Source: Heptranchias perlo
Lineage: Eukaryota
NCBI RefSeq assembly: GCF_035084215.1
Contig: NW_027138407.1
Location: 1,364,001-1,428,000, forward strand
Length of the DNA stretch: 64,000 bases
Direction of reading: 5' to 3'
The notes under the pieces are model-generated. The model worked only from the letters and a program-made list of their open reading frames with translations. It ran no database searches and was not told the DNA's origin. The position numbers and the translations under genes were made by a program. This document shows positions 1 through 13,700 of this stretch, piece by piece; the stretch's first letter is position 1; each line of letters begins with the position of its first letter.

Positions 1-310
1 AAGGTGGTGATGAATATTCGGCTTGAACTGCTGCAGTCCGTGTGGTGAAAATGCTCCCACAGTGCTGTTAGGTAATTAGTTCCAGGATTGTGAGCCAGCG
101 GCGATGAAGGAATGGCTGATCTATGAGCAATTCGGGATGCTTTGTTTCTTGGTGGTGTTGTTCCCATGTACCTGCTGCCCTTGTCCTTCTAGGTAGTGGA
201 GTTCGCGGGTTTGGTAGGTGCTGTCGAATAAACCTTGTTGAGTGGCTGCAGTGCATTTTGCAGACAGCACACTCTGCAGCCAAGGTGCGCCGATAATGGA
301 GGGATTGGAT
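1..310 (-). mobile_element. LINE 3'-end fragment (same family as 10000-10360)
   Basis: Reverse-complement match to 10000-10360 (tgcagc..ctc..caagg...cgacagcacct...tagaaggacaagggcagc); family not identified. Confidence 0.55.
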
Positions 311-519
311 ATTTAACGTGGTGGAGGGTTGCTCATTGTACTTTAATTCTAATACATAATTAGTTTTATGAATAATAAGTATATAATATATATAAATGCA
401 GATAGATGAGTGAAAGCCCTTTATAGAGGTAACCAGGCTGATGGCTGACCGACTGATGGACAGTGGCCTCTCTGGACATCGGTCACTTGTTCTCCCTGAG
501 CTGGTGCACCAGATTTTAT

Positions 520-824
520 CAGAGTTATCCCAGTTCAGCGAAACAGGGAAAGGACTCATCGAAAACCGGGAAATGCAGGAGGGCAAAACATACTGATGGC
601 CAGAATCCTGTCTACAAAGGTGACGGAAATCCGTCACCAGCCTTGCAGTCCACAGGAACAGGAAGGAGAAGGTTTTGAAATCCGTTTCTCTGCTGAGCTC
701 CAGCACTCCGACACCTTCAGCAGTTTAACCATCTCCGGGTTGCAGTTGACTGACGCTGCCGTGTATTATGGTGTTCTCGGTGAGTCTCAGTGATGAGAAG
801 CATTTTCATCCCCTCCCATAAGCT
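520..824 (+). pseudogene. TCR V-alpha/delta pseudogene with degenerate 23-RSS
   Basis: FR3 reads RFSAELQHSDTFSSLTISGLQLTDAAVYYG (Cys104->Gly); 5' part scrambled; heptamer CTCAGTG 786-792, 23-bp spacer, nonamer CCATAAGCT 816-824. Confidence 0.8.
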
Positions 825-1029
825 GCCGTTGGGGTGCAGCTGAGAGATCCTGTCTGTTGGGGACGGTATCGAATCGCGGGTCGATGCAGCCACAATGTGC
901 AGCGCGCTGTCAGGCGCTCAAACACAACGAGAGGACGCCGAATTAAACTGGGATCAAAATGTCAACTGTTTCCAGGAGCGGCCGAGAAAATAAATTGCAG
1001 GAACCAATCGATCGGAAAGATCGATCACA

Positions 1030-4000
1030 GAACGAATGGAACAGTTAAGTTGTCCGATCATTCGTTTTTCCCTTAAATTCATTCAATTCGAAAACAGAAA
1101 TACCGATCGTAGTATCAGGAGCACTCCCAATATAAAAGTAATTTTATTCCAGCCTGTAATGGTTTGTAAATACAGCGGGTAGTAGGGAGCAATACATACT
1201 GATTATTGATGCCTCGCTGTCTTCCCGCCCACCTCTCCTTGTAGAAAAAAGCACAACGAACAACACTTATATTCGAGCTTTAAATAATAAAATAATGATA
1301 ATAAAACATGGAACTTCGGTGAGAGTAGAGCGGTTGCCTCAAATTGGCTTCGTGTGGAGGTGAAAAGAATATATTGTTTGTAAATGCTTCATTGTTTCCG
1401 ATTTCCCTCCCAGACGCTCAATAAACATCCACTCTTCCTTCCCCGCTGTTGTAACTCGTGACCAAAACAAGGGGCCATAAATATAAAGTAGTTACTATTA
1501 GGGATTTCAGGAGAAACTTCTTCACCCAGACATGGGGAACTCACTACCACAGGGAGTAGTTGAATCTAATAGCACAGGTGCATTTAAGGGGAAACCAGAT
1601 AAGTACATGAGGGAGAAAGGAACAAAACGTAATGCTGATAGGATTAAATTAAGAGGATTGGGAGGAGGCTGTTGTGGAGCATAAACACCGGCATGGACCA
1701 GCTGGGCCAAATGTCCTGTTTTTGGGCTGTATATTCTATGAAAATCCATTCAGCGCAATGCGCTAAGCATCCACAAGGCGGTGCAAGTGTTTAATGCACG
1801 ACCGGAAAGAGAAGTTCAAATTGGAAAGTGCAAACAGCAAATGCTGGGCATTCGCAACTTGTCGATCGATCTCCGTGACCACAATCAAAAAAGTTCACGC
1901 TTCAGATATAGATTCGGCATCGGAATTGAATTTCCAAATAAAGAGCGGACTCAACACAATTACTTATCGAGACAATGACCACCGTCGTCTATGGATACCT
2001 CCCGCGTCTTACTTATTTTGAAAAAAATATATAATTAAGTTGAATTTGCCTTCGAGTTCAGGAATACTTTATTGTCGCCTTGAAGTAAAACGTCAATATA
2101 TATTCCATAAAATAATCCTATTTTGGAGTATAACTGGAAGAAATGAAGATGGAAGAAAGAAGAAAGGAAGGAAGAAATCATATCTTTGCAGTGATAATTT
2201 GAAACTGTTTTGAACTCCAACGCATTAAAGCAAAAATAGAAATAAAAGGCATTAATTTTTGGCATCGATTCTCACAGAAACCACTCAGAATTCTTCAGAG
2301 AAAATGGCTTGCTTCGGAGTAGAGTATCTGTGGACACAGGAGATTTACTTGATTCGTACCAGGGACGGGTGACTTCAGTTATGTGGAGACTGGAGAAGCT
2401 GGCGTTGCTCTCCTTGGAGCACAGAAGGTTAGGGGAAGATTTGATAGACGTGTTCAAATCATGAAGGGTTTTAATGGAGTAAAAAAGGAAAAATTGTTTC
2501 CGCTGACCGGAAGGTCACAGCATTGAATGCAATTGGCAAAAGAACCAGGGGTGAGATGAGGAGCATTTTTTTACCCACCGAGTTATTATGATCTGGACAT
2601 GCACTGCCTGAAATGGTGGTGGAAGCAGATTGAATGGTAACTTTAAAAAGGGAAGTGGATAAATACTCGAAGGGGAGAAAATTGCAGTGCTATGGAGAAA
2701 AGCAGGGAGATGTGGGGCTAAATGGATCGCTCTTTAAAAGATCCGGCACAGCTGCGATTGACCGAATGGCCTCTTTTTGTGCTGCAAGATTCAGTGATTC
2801 TATGATATTAGGGAGGATGTATAAACAAGATTTGCATTTCTATGTAGAATTTTGCTGTATAACTCTATCAAGTTCACTGTCCCTAAATTGGCAACACAGC
2901 AATTGTTTCCTACAGCACTCAAAGATATGAAGGGGATTGATCGAGTGGATAGGCAGGAACTGTTTCAACTGGTGGGAGGGTCGGTAACCAGAGGACACCG
3001 ATTAAAGAAAAGCGCCCAGCCTGTTCAGTCTTTGCTGCAAGGTAATAAGCTTATCGGTTGGCATTGAAGCTTAAAAGCTGTGAAGATTCAAGTGTACAAT
3101 TGCAGAGTGAAAGATATCACTTTAGTAGAAGTTTCTAAAATGAATTTCATATGCACGATCTTACTTTCAAAATGCACGTTGTCCATAACAATAGGCGGCC
3201 AATAGAGGGCGCCCAACATGCATACCGCCGTAGAAATGTCCAGAGAAAAGTAGAGCAATCCAGAACTGATCATATAAAAAACATCTTGTTACTCATAGTT
3301 ACTGATCAGTTAATTCCTACATAACGGAAACAAAGCTCCGACTGCTATTCTCCACCCCCTCCTCCACTCCACCCCACCACCACCCCATATACTGGGTACG
3401 AAAAGCAAACTATCAATAAAAGTAACCAATTCTGGGATATTTTGTATTTTTATAAAGGAACTTTGTGTCAAAAAAGGTAGACCGAGAGTTTCAGATTATT
3501 AATGTATCTGCTTGCTTCATATGAGAGTTAGGATTCAAATGCATTTGGGGTTGAACAGGACCAAGCTTATTGAACGGATGCTCAACTTTTATAAATCACT
3601 GCTTAGGCCTCACCTTTAGCATTGCCTCCAAAACTGGGTCTGACACTTTAGCAAGGGTGTCAAGGCCGTGGAGATGGTGCAGAGAAGATTTATAATAATG
3701 GTAACAGGGATGAGGGACGTCAGTTATGTGGACAGGCTGGAGAAGTTGTGGTAGTGCTTCTTAGATCAAAGAAGGTTAAGGGGAGAATTGACAGAGGTGT
3801 AGAAAATTATGAGAGGTAATGATAGAGTGAATAAGGAGAAACTCCACCTAGTGGCAGGAGGGTCGGTAACCAGAGGATACAGATTGAAGGTAATTGCCGA
3901 AAAAGTCCATGGGAGAGAGGAGCAGAATTTTTTTATGCAGCGAGAATTATGATCTGGAATACGGTGCCTGAAAGGGTGGCGGAAGCAGCTTCAATAATAG

Positions 4001-5430
4001 ATTTCAAAATGTCATTGGATCTATAATTGAAAAGGAGAAATTTTCAGGGCCACGTGGTTAGAGCAGGTCTGTGGGACAAATTGGACAGCTTTATCAAAAG
4101 CCGGCACAGGCATTATGGGTTTAAGGGCCTCCTGCTGTGCTGCATGATTCTCACAAGTGAGGCGTATATATTTTCTGCTTAGGCGTGTCATTCTGCGCTA
4201 TGACAGCCAAACAATGATATTACAGATGGGGTACTGTTGCACTAAGCTATTTGCAGCAGCTGAACTCACTGCACACTCTGTTTTGGATTAACTCTCCAAG
4301 TACTGGATCACCATATCCGCTTTGAAGTCAGATTATCGACTTGATAAATGCACAAACTAGAGCATGAAATTAGATTATTTCAATTGTCCTGGCAATAGCA
4401 CAATACAAAACCTTGCTTTTTTTTCTTTCTTTCTTTCATTCTGTCTATCTTTCTTTTAACTGAAACGGCACCCACTTCAGGTCACTGGGAGAAACAACTG
4501 AGACCAACTTTCGGAGTAGGCAGAAAACAGTATCTATTGTTCGGGTGCCCACTCAGGATATGCTTTAAACGGTCAGTTTTGATCGGAGTAATCCACAGGA
4601 AAATGTGAATGTCGACATAATCTTGGAGAAGGTGCATTTCCCATTCGCGTCCACTCAACCGCTGGTGTTTAGGTTGAGGTAGGAGGAACAAAGCGCCTAA
4701 TAAGTGCCATTCCCCGTTTTGAAGGGAAGTGAAGACTCGCTAGGTCAACAACTGGTGATAAAGTGAGAACAAATTTAGGCCTTAAAAGATCGGAGACTGT
4801 TTGTGGAAGGGAACAGTGTGGGGTGGACTTGCACATCTCAAAGCTCCGGAAAGAAAGAGATAGTAGATTTTGGTTCTGTGAACCGTGCACTGTAGAACCA
4901 TGGAATATTCCAGCACAGGAGCAGGCCATTCGGTATTTGAACTCTGTCCTTGTGATGTCTGTACACGAGTCAGGGCCGAGCTGGTAATTCAGGGCTCGGG
5001 AAACAGGTGAAAACCGACCCAGCTAAATTTCTGCATCTAAGTGATTTGATAGCTGCATTCTGGGCTAGCTTTTCGCCTTTACCATCTGGGCTTTGAGCAT
5101 CGCCCGGATGGGGCACAGCAAAGCAGATCCGTCGGAATGGTTGCAACGCCCAGAGCAGAACCCACCGGATTTTTGTTCCGCAAATTTCAATGGAGAGTAA
5201 TCAGGCGGACTCGCTTCCTGATGTGGCTGTAATTACTGCCCATCCCTAGTTCCCCGAGGACATTCAGAGGCAACGACATATGTGAGATTGAAATCAGGAC
5301 CGGTACCGAATTGGGTGGCTAACCCCTATCGGCCGGCGGGGTGGTCCACACCCCGGGGTTCCAACTGCCTTTCTTCCTCCACAATCCAAGGCCACGTGTG
5401 CCTTCTCCTCGCCAGATTTCCATGGTTCCC
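1030..5430 (+). repeat. Segmental duplication copy A (direct paralogue of ~10745-15050)
   Basis: Long colinear matches, e.g. gtgtggaggtgaaaagaatatattgtttgtaaatgcttcattgtttccgatttccctccc near 1350 and 11070; gtttgggtgcc-type block cgggtgcccactcaggatatgctttaa near 4540 and 14180. Confidence 0.85.
3550..4150 (+). mobile_element. CR1-clade LINE 3' fragment
   Basis: Degenerate RT C-terminus and 3' UTR (gatgtcaaggcc.tggag.gggtgcagag.agattta...ggttaaggggaga). Similar fragments near 2340-2810, 5440-5745, 11930-12420, 13180-13760 and 15800-16210. Confidence 0.7.
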
Positions 5431-5744
5431 TCCGCCTAACGGGAGTGCAGGAACACAGAGACCTGGGGGTGCACATACACAAATCTTTGAAGCGGGCAGG
5501 ACAAGCTGAGACGGCTGTTAAAAAAGCATGTGGTTTGCTGGGCTTTATTGATAGAGGCATAGAGTACAAAAGCAAGGGATTTATGCTGCAGCATTATAAA
5601 ACACTGGTTACGTCTCAGCTGGAGTATTGTGTTCAATTCTGGGCACAACACTTTCGGACGGATCACGAACAGTATTGACAGAGTGAATAAGGAGCAATTA
5701 CTTCCAGTGGCCGAAGGGTCGATAACCAGAGGACACAGATTTAA

Positions 5745-5949
5745 GGCCCCACATTCCCGCCCTACAACTTTACTTACGGGGCTTTTCTTGAGCAGAGGGG
5801 TCAGCGGCTCGATTCTAGGCATCTGTCGACGCTTCGAAAAATGAGGGGAGTTTCACCGTCAGCGGCCTGCAGCGGCCTGACAACGTGGTATATTACTGCA
5901 GGCTGAGAGACACATTGACAAGAACGAAATGGAGCCTCGAACATATATA
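5745..5949 (+). pseudogene. 5'-truncated V pseudogene (family X, paralogue of V at 35229 and 45868)
   Basis: ggccccacattc...gaggggagtttcaccgtcagcggcctg...tattactgcaggctgagaga aligns to the 3' half of V 35443-35749; 5' half replaced by a CR1 LINE; RSS CACATTG (5911-5917) + 23 + ACATATATA. Confidence 0.8.
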
Positions 5950-6687
5950 CTGCCGGAATATGACGAGGTCAACAGGATAGCGGACATAATGGGGAGAAAC
6001 AGGAACTGTCGGTACTTATCACAGGAGAGTGTCGTTGTAAAAACAGGAAAATCAACAAGAATTGAACTGACAATACAGAACAGGAATGTTAATGTTCATT
6101 ATTCATAACAATAATTGTGCTGTTAATTTCAGAATACGAGGTTTGATGGGACGGTGCTTCCAATCCCTGTTTATTAAATGCGCACCGTAACCTTCAACCT
6201 TAAGGAAAAAGTATTCAACCATTTCTCATTCTGTGGCCACGACCTGTTGCCTCAGTCGGCAGGAAATGAAATGAACGGCAAGAACACATTCGGTATCAGT
6301 TCGTTCTGCAGAAAGCACCCGAAATGAATGATGAGCACAGGCACAATGGGCCGATGGCTACCTTCTGTGTTGTAGCAGTCAATGAACTGCCGAGAATCAG
6401 ATCCATGTTATTCACCTACTCAGCCCATTGTTGCAACACTGGTATTTTCCAAATGTTTCCTTATAAGGAGGTTCTGACGAAAGGCCATCCACCTGAAAAG
6501 TTAACTGTTCTTCTCTCTCCACAGATGCCGCCTGACTTGTTGAGTATTTCCAGCATTTTCTGTTCTTATTTCAGATTTCCTGAATCCGCAGTATATTGCT
6601 TTTCTTTCCTTATAAGGTGTGTGTTAGGGTTCAGTTCCTGCCAATCAGATTGCATGTCAACCCGTCTGATCAGCGGGTGAAGATTTC

Positions 6688-6695
6688 TGACGTCA
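6688..6695 (+). promoter_or_regulatory. CRE (TGACGTCA) in V promoter
   Basis: Perfect palindrome ~170 bp upstream of the leader ATG at 6862; CRE-like elements are typical of TCR V promoters. Confidence 0.55.
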
Positions 6696-6861
6696 TGTGC
6701 TCTCTTGTCCACGCCTTCTCTGACCCCTGAAGATGCCGTTTCACCAGCTTTTAATTCAAGCTGCAACTTGTGTTTTGCAGTGGGAAATAGACGCACACTT
6801 TCTCTCTAATATCGAAGGACAGTTTCTCACAAGAAAGCGGCGACACAGCTCAGCTCAGGCA

Positions 6862-7320
6862 ATGGCTCTCATGTTAATGGCGATATATTTGCTGAGGACA
6901 CTTCCTTTTTTGTTCCCGGGTGAGTATTATTTTTAGTGACAAGAAAAAAAATGCATCTTAATCTTTCAATTTCCTCTGATTTCATATTTACATTTGATGT
7001 CACTATTGCAGCGGTCCTGGTTAATGGTCACAGTGTGACACAGACGGTGCCTTTATTAATGCGGAAAGAAGGAGCGACCGTGACATTAAACTGCACTTAT
7101 TCCACAAGCTACACAAGCTATTACCTGAATTGGTACCGACAACATCCACAGAAAGGACCGGAGTATCTCCTGCAGAGACATACTAATGGTAACGAATATA
7201 AAGCAGATAATCTCGGAGAACGGTTCTCTTCAGTGCTGACAAAAGCGGACGGATTCACCAGTCTGACCATCTCTGCCTTGGAGCTGACTGACAACGCCGT
7301 GTATTACTGTGCGCTGAGCT
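6862..7320 (+). CDS. TCR V-alpha/delta gene segment (family Y), apparently functional; inverted relative to and downstream of C-delta
   Basis: Leader exon 6862-6919 (MALMLMAIYLLRTLPFLFP|gt), V exon 7012-7320 (SVTQ..TLNC..WYRQ..YYCALS), consensus RSS CACAGTG 7321-7327 + 23 + ACAAAAACC 7351-7359. Confidence 0.95.
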
Positions 7321-7659
7321 CACAGTGACTCAAACTGCAGGCAGCCTCGTACAAAAACCAGCTTCCTGTTTCTACCCGAACAGGGCGATCTTGAGATTCT
7401 GCTCCAGAAATAGAACAGGTTTGCATCACCTGCTGGGATCTTAATACGGCTATTTTAGAAATACGGTGTTTACAGCAATCCGGTTTTAAATAAGCCACGT
7501 TATTGTTACTTTTTTACAAAATATATTCATAGCTTTTCGTTGAGAATTTTTTTTCCAAATTACCTGAATACGAACCTATTTTGTCCAGGTGTTTGCTCCA
7601 CAATTGATCAAAATGAAGCTAGGGAAATCAGATTGCCAGGAGCATCGCATGGTGTCTGG

Positions 7660-8005
7660 CGTGGCTCAGTCGGTCGCACTCTCAACTTCTGAGTCGGACG
7701 TTCGTGAGTTCTAAGCCCCACTCGAAAGATTTGAGCACAGAGTCCAGGCTGACGTTTCGGAGCCAGTACTGAGGGAGCGCAATACTATCGGAGGTGCATT
7801 TTTCGGATGAGACATTAAACCGAGGCACCGTTAGCGCTCTCCAACAGACATAAAGAAACGACGGCCACTATTGGATGAAAAACAGCGGAGTTCTTCGGTG
7901 ACTTGGCCAATATTCAACTCACAACGAAACAAATATTGGTTGTTTCGCTCATTGCTGTATGTGGGATCTTGCTGTGCGTAAATAAGCTGCCGCGATTACA
8001 ACATT
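7660..8005 (+). mobile_element. tRNA-derived Deu-domain SINE (SacSINE1/AmnSINE1-like)
   Basis: tRNA-like head (tggctcagt..gttc) and core tttcggatgagac.ttaaaccgagg. Further copies at ~21085-21550, 37265-37640, 41760-42120 and 49760-50205, and on the minus strand at ~29350-29520 and 45010-45290. Confidence 0.7.
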
Positions 8006-8769
8006 AAATTCTGTTTTTCCTGAGAAAGAGTTCACTGAAAAGATTTTTGTTGAAGAAGTAGCTGAGTTATATTAAAGAAGGAGGAAATTCCGACGAAACT
8101 CTGGGACCTGGATTAATGTCCACGGTCGGGGATAGAAATCTCTGTTCAAGAGGCGAAACACGGGATTTCACATGAACCCTTAAGCTTCCCTGAACGGGCT
8201 CCTCATTCACAACACTTTACTTGAAAGTAAACTTATTTTTCCATCAGACAGAGAGATCAAACCGACGCTTCCTGCAGCGGGACAGCGCGGTTCCCTCATC
8301 ACTGCCAAACTGCGTTCATAGCACATCATCGCGGGTCAATGAACTGTAAACCTCCAACAGTTAAACCTCTGTATGCGGTGGAACAGCTAATTTCTACTTC
8401 CCAATTCTCCAATCGAACACATGTGTTACCGTTTTTACTTTGTGTTATTTTCTATCGATGTCACTGAAAACAGTGCCTGAGTTCTGTGAATATAATAACA
8501 TTTCAATTTCACCTCACGACCGTTTTGTTGGCTGCACGGGAGAGAGAGAGGAAGAAATAGAGATAAAGAGAGACAGAACCAGAGAGAGAAAGAGCGAGAT
8601 AAGAAGATTGTCACGGATATGTTGTTCTGCAGTAGGAATGTTTAAGACGCGAGGCCGAGGAAAGAGGAGAGGTAAAAGTAGTGAAATGGAGATAAAGCTA
8701 TTCAGATATCTTGCTGTTATGCTGCGGGTAGAATTTACTGAACAAAGAAAGAGATAGAGAGGGACCACA

Positions 8770-9270
8770 ACAACAACAACTTGCATCTATATAGCGCCTT
8801 TAACGTCGTAAAACGTCCCTAGGCGCTTCACAGGAGCGTTAGAAAACAAAAATTGACACCGACCCACATAAGGAGATATTCGGACAGGTGATCAAAAGCT
8901 TCGTCAAAGGGGTAGGTTTCAAGGAGCGTCGTAAAAGAGGAGAAAGATGTGGAGAGGCGGAGAGGTTTAGGGAGGGAAGGCACGGCGGTCAATGGTGGAA
9001 CGATGAAAATCGCGAATGCGCAATAGACAAGAATTGGAGGAGCACAGAGATCACGGAGGGATGTAGGGCTGGCGGAGGTCACGGAGATAGGGACGGTGGT
9101 GAGGCCATAGAAAGATTTGAAAAGAAGGATGAGATTTTTAAAATCGAGGCGTTGCCGGACCGGGAGCCAAAATAGGTCAGCGAGCACAGTGGTGATGAGT
9201 GAACGGGGCTTGGTGCGAGTTAATTTACGGGCAGCAGCGTTCTGGATGAGCTCAAGTTATAGAGGGTGGA
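8770..9270 (-). mobile_element. L2-clade LINE 3' fragment
   Basis: ORF 8828-9187 has the L2 RT C-terminal motif LADLFWLPVRQRLDFK; tail shared with the SINEs; another copy at ~19550-19910. Confidence 0.7.
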
Positions 9271-10456
9271 AGATGGATCCTCAGTGAGATTCGGACAGAG
9301 AAAGGGAGTGAAATTCAGACACATTGAAAAAGAAGGCGTGAGAGACAGAGAGCGACAGACAGATAGAGATAGACAGATGAAAAGCGAAGATCGACATAAA
9401 CCATGGAGACAGAGACAGACATTGATAGAAAAGGGGAATGTCAAACAAATGGAGAAAGAGGGAGAGAAAAGTAAAGATCGAAAAAGGTAAACAAAGATAG
9501 AATGAGCAAGAGAGAAATAATAATATTAGGTCATGGAAATGGATAGAAACATATGATACTGTTCTTTTAGATGTTGAGGAAGTCAGACTAGGAGAGAAAA
9601 AGACAGAGGAAAAGAGAAAAACAAAGATAGAAATAATGAAAGACGAACAGAGAGAGAGAAAGGAGAGAAAGGGTGTATGAAATAGGATTACAGTTATGTC
9701 TCTTCATAAGTCTGTCCTTCTTGCCAAGATTTAATATTCAAGACTATTTCTGTTCGAACGGTAGCTTAACAAAACAGCATGGGTTCGTTAATTAGAATAG
9801 CACAGATGCATTTAAGGGGAAGCTAGATAAATAGACGAGGGAGAAAGGAACAGAAGGATATGCTGATAGGGTAAGATAACATAAGAAGTGTGGAGAATAA
9901 ACACCGGCATGGACCAGTTGGGCCAAATGGCCTGTTTCTGAGCTGTAACATTCCATGTCGTACAATGTGTAATCATCCACCACGTTCAACAATAACTCCC
10001 GCTGCAGTGTGGAACATATACAGGATGCATTGCAGCAACTCGCCAAGGCTTCTCCGACAGCACCTCCTAAACCACCAACCTTTACCATCTAGAAGGACAA
10101 GGGCAGCGGCTGCATTGGAACACCATCACCTCCAAGCTCCCCTCCAAGTCACACACCATCCCGACTTGGACATATATCGGCTGTTCCTTCATCGTCCTTG
10201 GATCAAAACCTGGAACTCGCTGCCTAACAGCACTGTGCGAGAACCTTCACTGCACGGTCTGGAGCGGTTCAAAAACAAGGCAGCTCACCATCAACTTCTC
10301 AGGCGCAACTCGGACGGGCAATAAACGATGGCCTTGCCAGCGACGCCCGTATCCCGAGAATGGATAAAACTAATGATCACAAATAAACGGACCAGCTGAG
10401 ACTCGTCCCTCATCACACTGTTATCCCAAAGCTGATATATTGAGCGACGCTCTGAC

Positions 10457-10515
10457 AGTTTTTGTGCAGGGTCAGCCCAGCTCCGTGTCTCTGTGGAGCT
10501 CAGTGCGCAGTAATA
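10457..10515 (-). pseudogene. Orphan V 3' end (YYCALS, 20 bp) with intact 23-RSS (family Z remnant)
   Basis: Minus strand: TATTACTGCGCACTGAGCTC + CACAGAG (10489-10495) + 23 + ACAAAAACT (10457-10465); nearly identical to the 3' ends of V 42389 and V 50460; rest of the V is absent. Confidence 0.85.
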
Positions 10516-10744
10516 GTCAAATATCTGTATGTCCCTAACTACCTATTTATCTCTCTGCCTATCTACGTAGCTCCCGTCGAGCATAACAAATTGGTGTTTC
10601 ATGCACTATGTGGGTTGATGGTTAGATGCATACATTGGTCGAGATATACATGCACGCAAACGTATATGGAAACAATATATAGATACATCACTGCATCGGT
10701 ATTATACAAAACATGCCACAGATATTTGACTTATAAATAGGTAA

Positions 10745-13700
10745 TGTGGAAACTGTCATTTGTCATATTTCCGTTTTTCTTAATATAATATTCTGGAATG
10801 AATTGAATTTGAAAGCAGAAAGACTGATCGTAGCATCATAGCTCACCACCCCAAAGTGATTTTGTTCCAGACAGTAACAATCTGAAAATACAACGGGTAT
10901 TAGGGTGCAATACATAATCATCATGGACACCTCTCCAACTTCCTGTCCACCCAAACTTGTAGCAACTGGCACAATGAACAACATTTATATTCGCGTTTTA
11001 AATAATAAAGTAATGATAAAAAAACATGGAATTCGGTGAAAATAGAGCAGTTAATTCAAATTGGCTTGGTGTGGAGGTGAAAAGAATATATTGTTTGTAA
11101 ATGCTTCATTGTTTCCGATTTCCCTCCCTGTTGCTCAGTGAACATCCACTCTTTCTTCTCCGGTGTTGCAACTAGTGACGAAAACTAGGGTCCATAAATA
11201 TAAGATATTCACTAATTAATCCAATAAAGAATTCAGGCGACACTCCTTTAACCAGCGAGTGGTGAGAATGTGGAACTCGCTACCACATGGAGTAGTTGAT
11301 GCGAATAGCTTGGGTGCATTTTAGGCGGAGCTAGATTAGTACTTTTGGGAGAAAAGGACAGAAGGCGATGCTGATCGGGTTGGATGAGGAGGGTCGGGAG
11401 GAGGCTGGTCTGGAGCATAAACACCGGCACGGACCATTTCGGCCGAATGGCTGTTTCTTTTCTGTTCATTCTTTGTAATTCTACAGACTCAGCATCAGAA
11501 TTTAATTTCCAAATATAGAGCGGAATCAACATAATTAATTGTCGAGACAATGGCCACCGGAGTCTGCAGATACCTGCCTCGCATTACTTACTTCCCATGT
11601 AAAATATATAATATATTATAATTTGCCTTCCAATGCAGGAACACTTTATTGTTCGTTTGAAGTAAAACGTCCATATTTCTTGTATACATTAATCATATTT
11701 TAGATTGTAACTGGAAGAAATGAATTTGAAGCAAAAAAAGGAAGGAAGAAATCGTATCTTTACAGTGATAATTTGAAACTATTCAAACTCCAACGCATTA
11801 CAGCAAAAACAGAAAAAAACAGCTTTGGTTTGTGCCATCGATTCTCACGTCTCACAAAACTCGCTCAGAGTTATTCAGGAACAATGGATTATTGCGGAGT
11901 ACGGTATCTATGGACAGAACATTGTTAGATATGTAAGAGGGTGCAGAGGAGATTTACGAGAATGGTACCAGGGTTGAGGGAATTCAATTATGTGGAGAGA
12001 CTGGAGAAACTGGGGTTATTCTCCTTAGAGCAGAGAAGGCTAAGTCGAGATTTGATCGAGGTGTTCAAAGTCATGAAGGGTTTTAATTGAGTAAGTAAGG
12101 AGAAACTTTTTCCAGTAGCAGGAGGATTGCTGAATTTAAGGTAATTGGCAAAGAAGCCAGAGGTGAGGTGAGGAGAATTTGTTTTACGCAGCGTGTTATT
12201 ATGGTCTGGAAAAGCATTGCCTGAAATGGGATGGAAACAGATTCAATTGTAAATTTTAAAAGGGAAGTGGATCAATACTGGAAGGGGAGGAAATTGGAGA
12301 CCTATGGCGAAAAGCAGGGGGAAGTGGGACTAATTGGATCGCTCTTTAAAAGAGCCGGCATATGCATGATGGGCAGAATAGCCTCCTTCTGTATCGTAAG
12401 ACTCTGTGATTCTATGATATTAGGGATGATGCATAAACGAGAATTGCATTTCTATGTTACATTTTGCTATTTAAATCTATCAAATTCACTGTCCGTAAAT
12501 TTATGTCACAGCAATGTCTTCCTACAGTAATCAAAGACATGAAGGAGTTTGCTGACGCGGATAGGCAGAAACTGTTTCCACTGGTCGGATGATCAGTAAC
12601 CAGTGGACACCGATTAAAGAGGGCCCAGCCTGTTCGGTCTTTGCTGATCGGTGTAATCTAATCGGTTCACATCGAAGCGTAGAAGTGTGAAGATTCAAGT
12701 GTGCAATTGCAGAGTGAATGAGAAAACTTAAGGAGACGTTTCCAAATCCGTTACATTTGCACGAACTTACTTTCAAAATGCTCATTAGCCATAGCAACAG
12801 ACAACAAATAGAGGGCGCCCGACATGCATCCCACAGTACACAGAGAGGAAACTTACAAGGCAAGTTGCGCCATCCAGAACTGTCATATAAAAAATAAATC
12901 TGGTGGCTCATAGTTACTGATCAGTTAGTTCCCACAAATCGGAAACAAAACCCCAACTGCGATTCACTCACTCCACGCTGCACGACCTACCCCCCACCCC
13001 GCCACATACTGGATACAGAAAGGAAACTAACAATAATAGGAATTAATTTTGCATGTTTTATTTTCATAAAGGAACTTAGTGCCAATAAAGGTAGACTGAG
13101 GGTTTCAGATTATTAATCTATCTGTTTGCTTTATATGAGGGTTGGGATTCAAATGGATTTGAGGCTGAACGGGGTAAAGCATTGTAAACGGATGCTCAAC
13201 TTTGATAAATCACTGGTTGGCCTCAGCTTTAGTATTGCGTCCAATATTGGGCACCACACTTTAGGAAGGATGTCAAGGCCTTGGAGATGGTGCAGAGAAG
13301 ATTAATAAAAATCGTTGCAGGTATGAGGGACTTAAGTTATGTGGGGACATCAGAGCAGCTGGGATTGTTCTCCTTAGAGCAGAGACGATTAAAGGGAGAT
13401 TTAATAGAGTTGTTCAAAATTATGAAGGGGTTTGATCGGGCAACAAGGAGAAACTGAATCCACTGGCAGGAGGGTCGGTAATCAGGCAATGAAGATTTAA
13501 GGTAATTTGCAAAAAAAATCCAGAAGGGAAAATTAGACATTTTTTTATGCAGCGAGTTGTTAAGATCTGGAATGCAGTGCCTGAAAGAGTGGTGGAAGCA
13601 GATTCAACAGTAGCTTGCAAAAGGGCTTTGGATATATATTTCAACAGAATAAATGTGCAGGGCTATGGGGTTAGAGCAGGTGTGTGGGAGTAATTGGAAA

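Noticed and set aside
7029-7035. CACAGTG at the start of the V exon
   Set aside because: No nonamer at either spacing; coincidental His-Ser-Val codons.
7660-7740. tRNA-like sequence as a tRNA gene
   Set aside because: It is the head of a multi-copy SINE, degenerate and followed by the Deu core.
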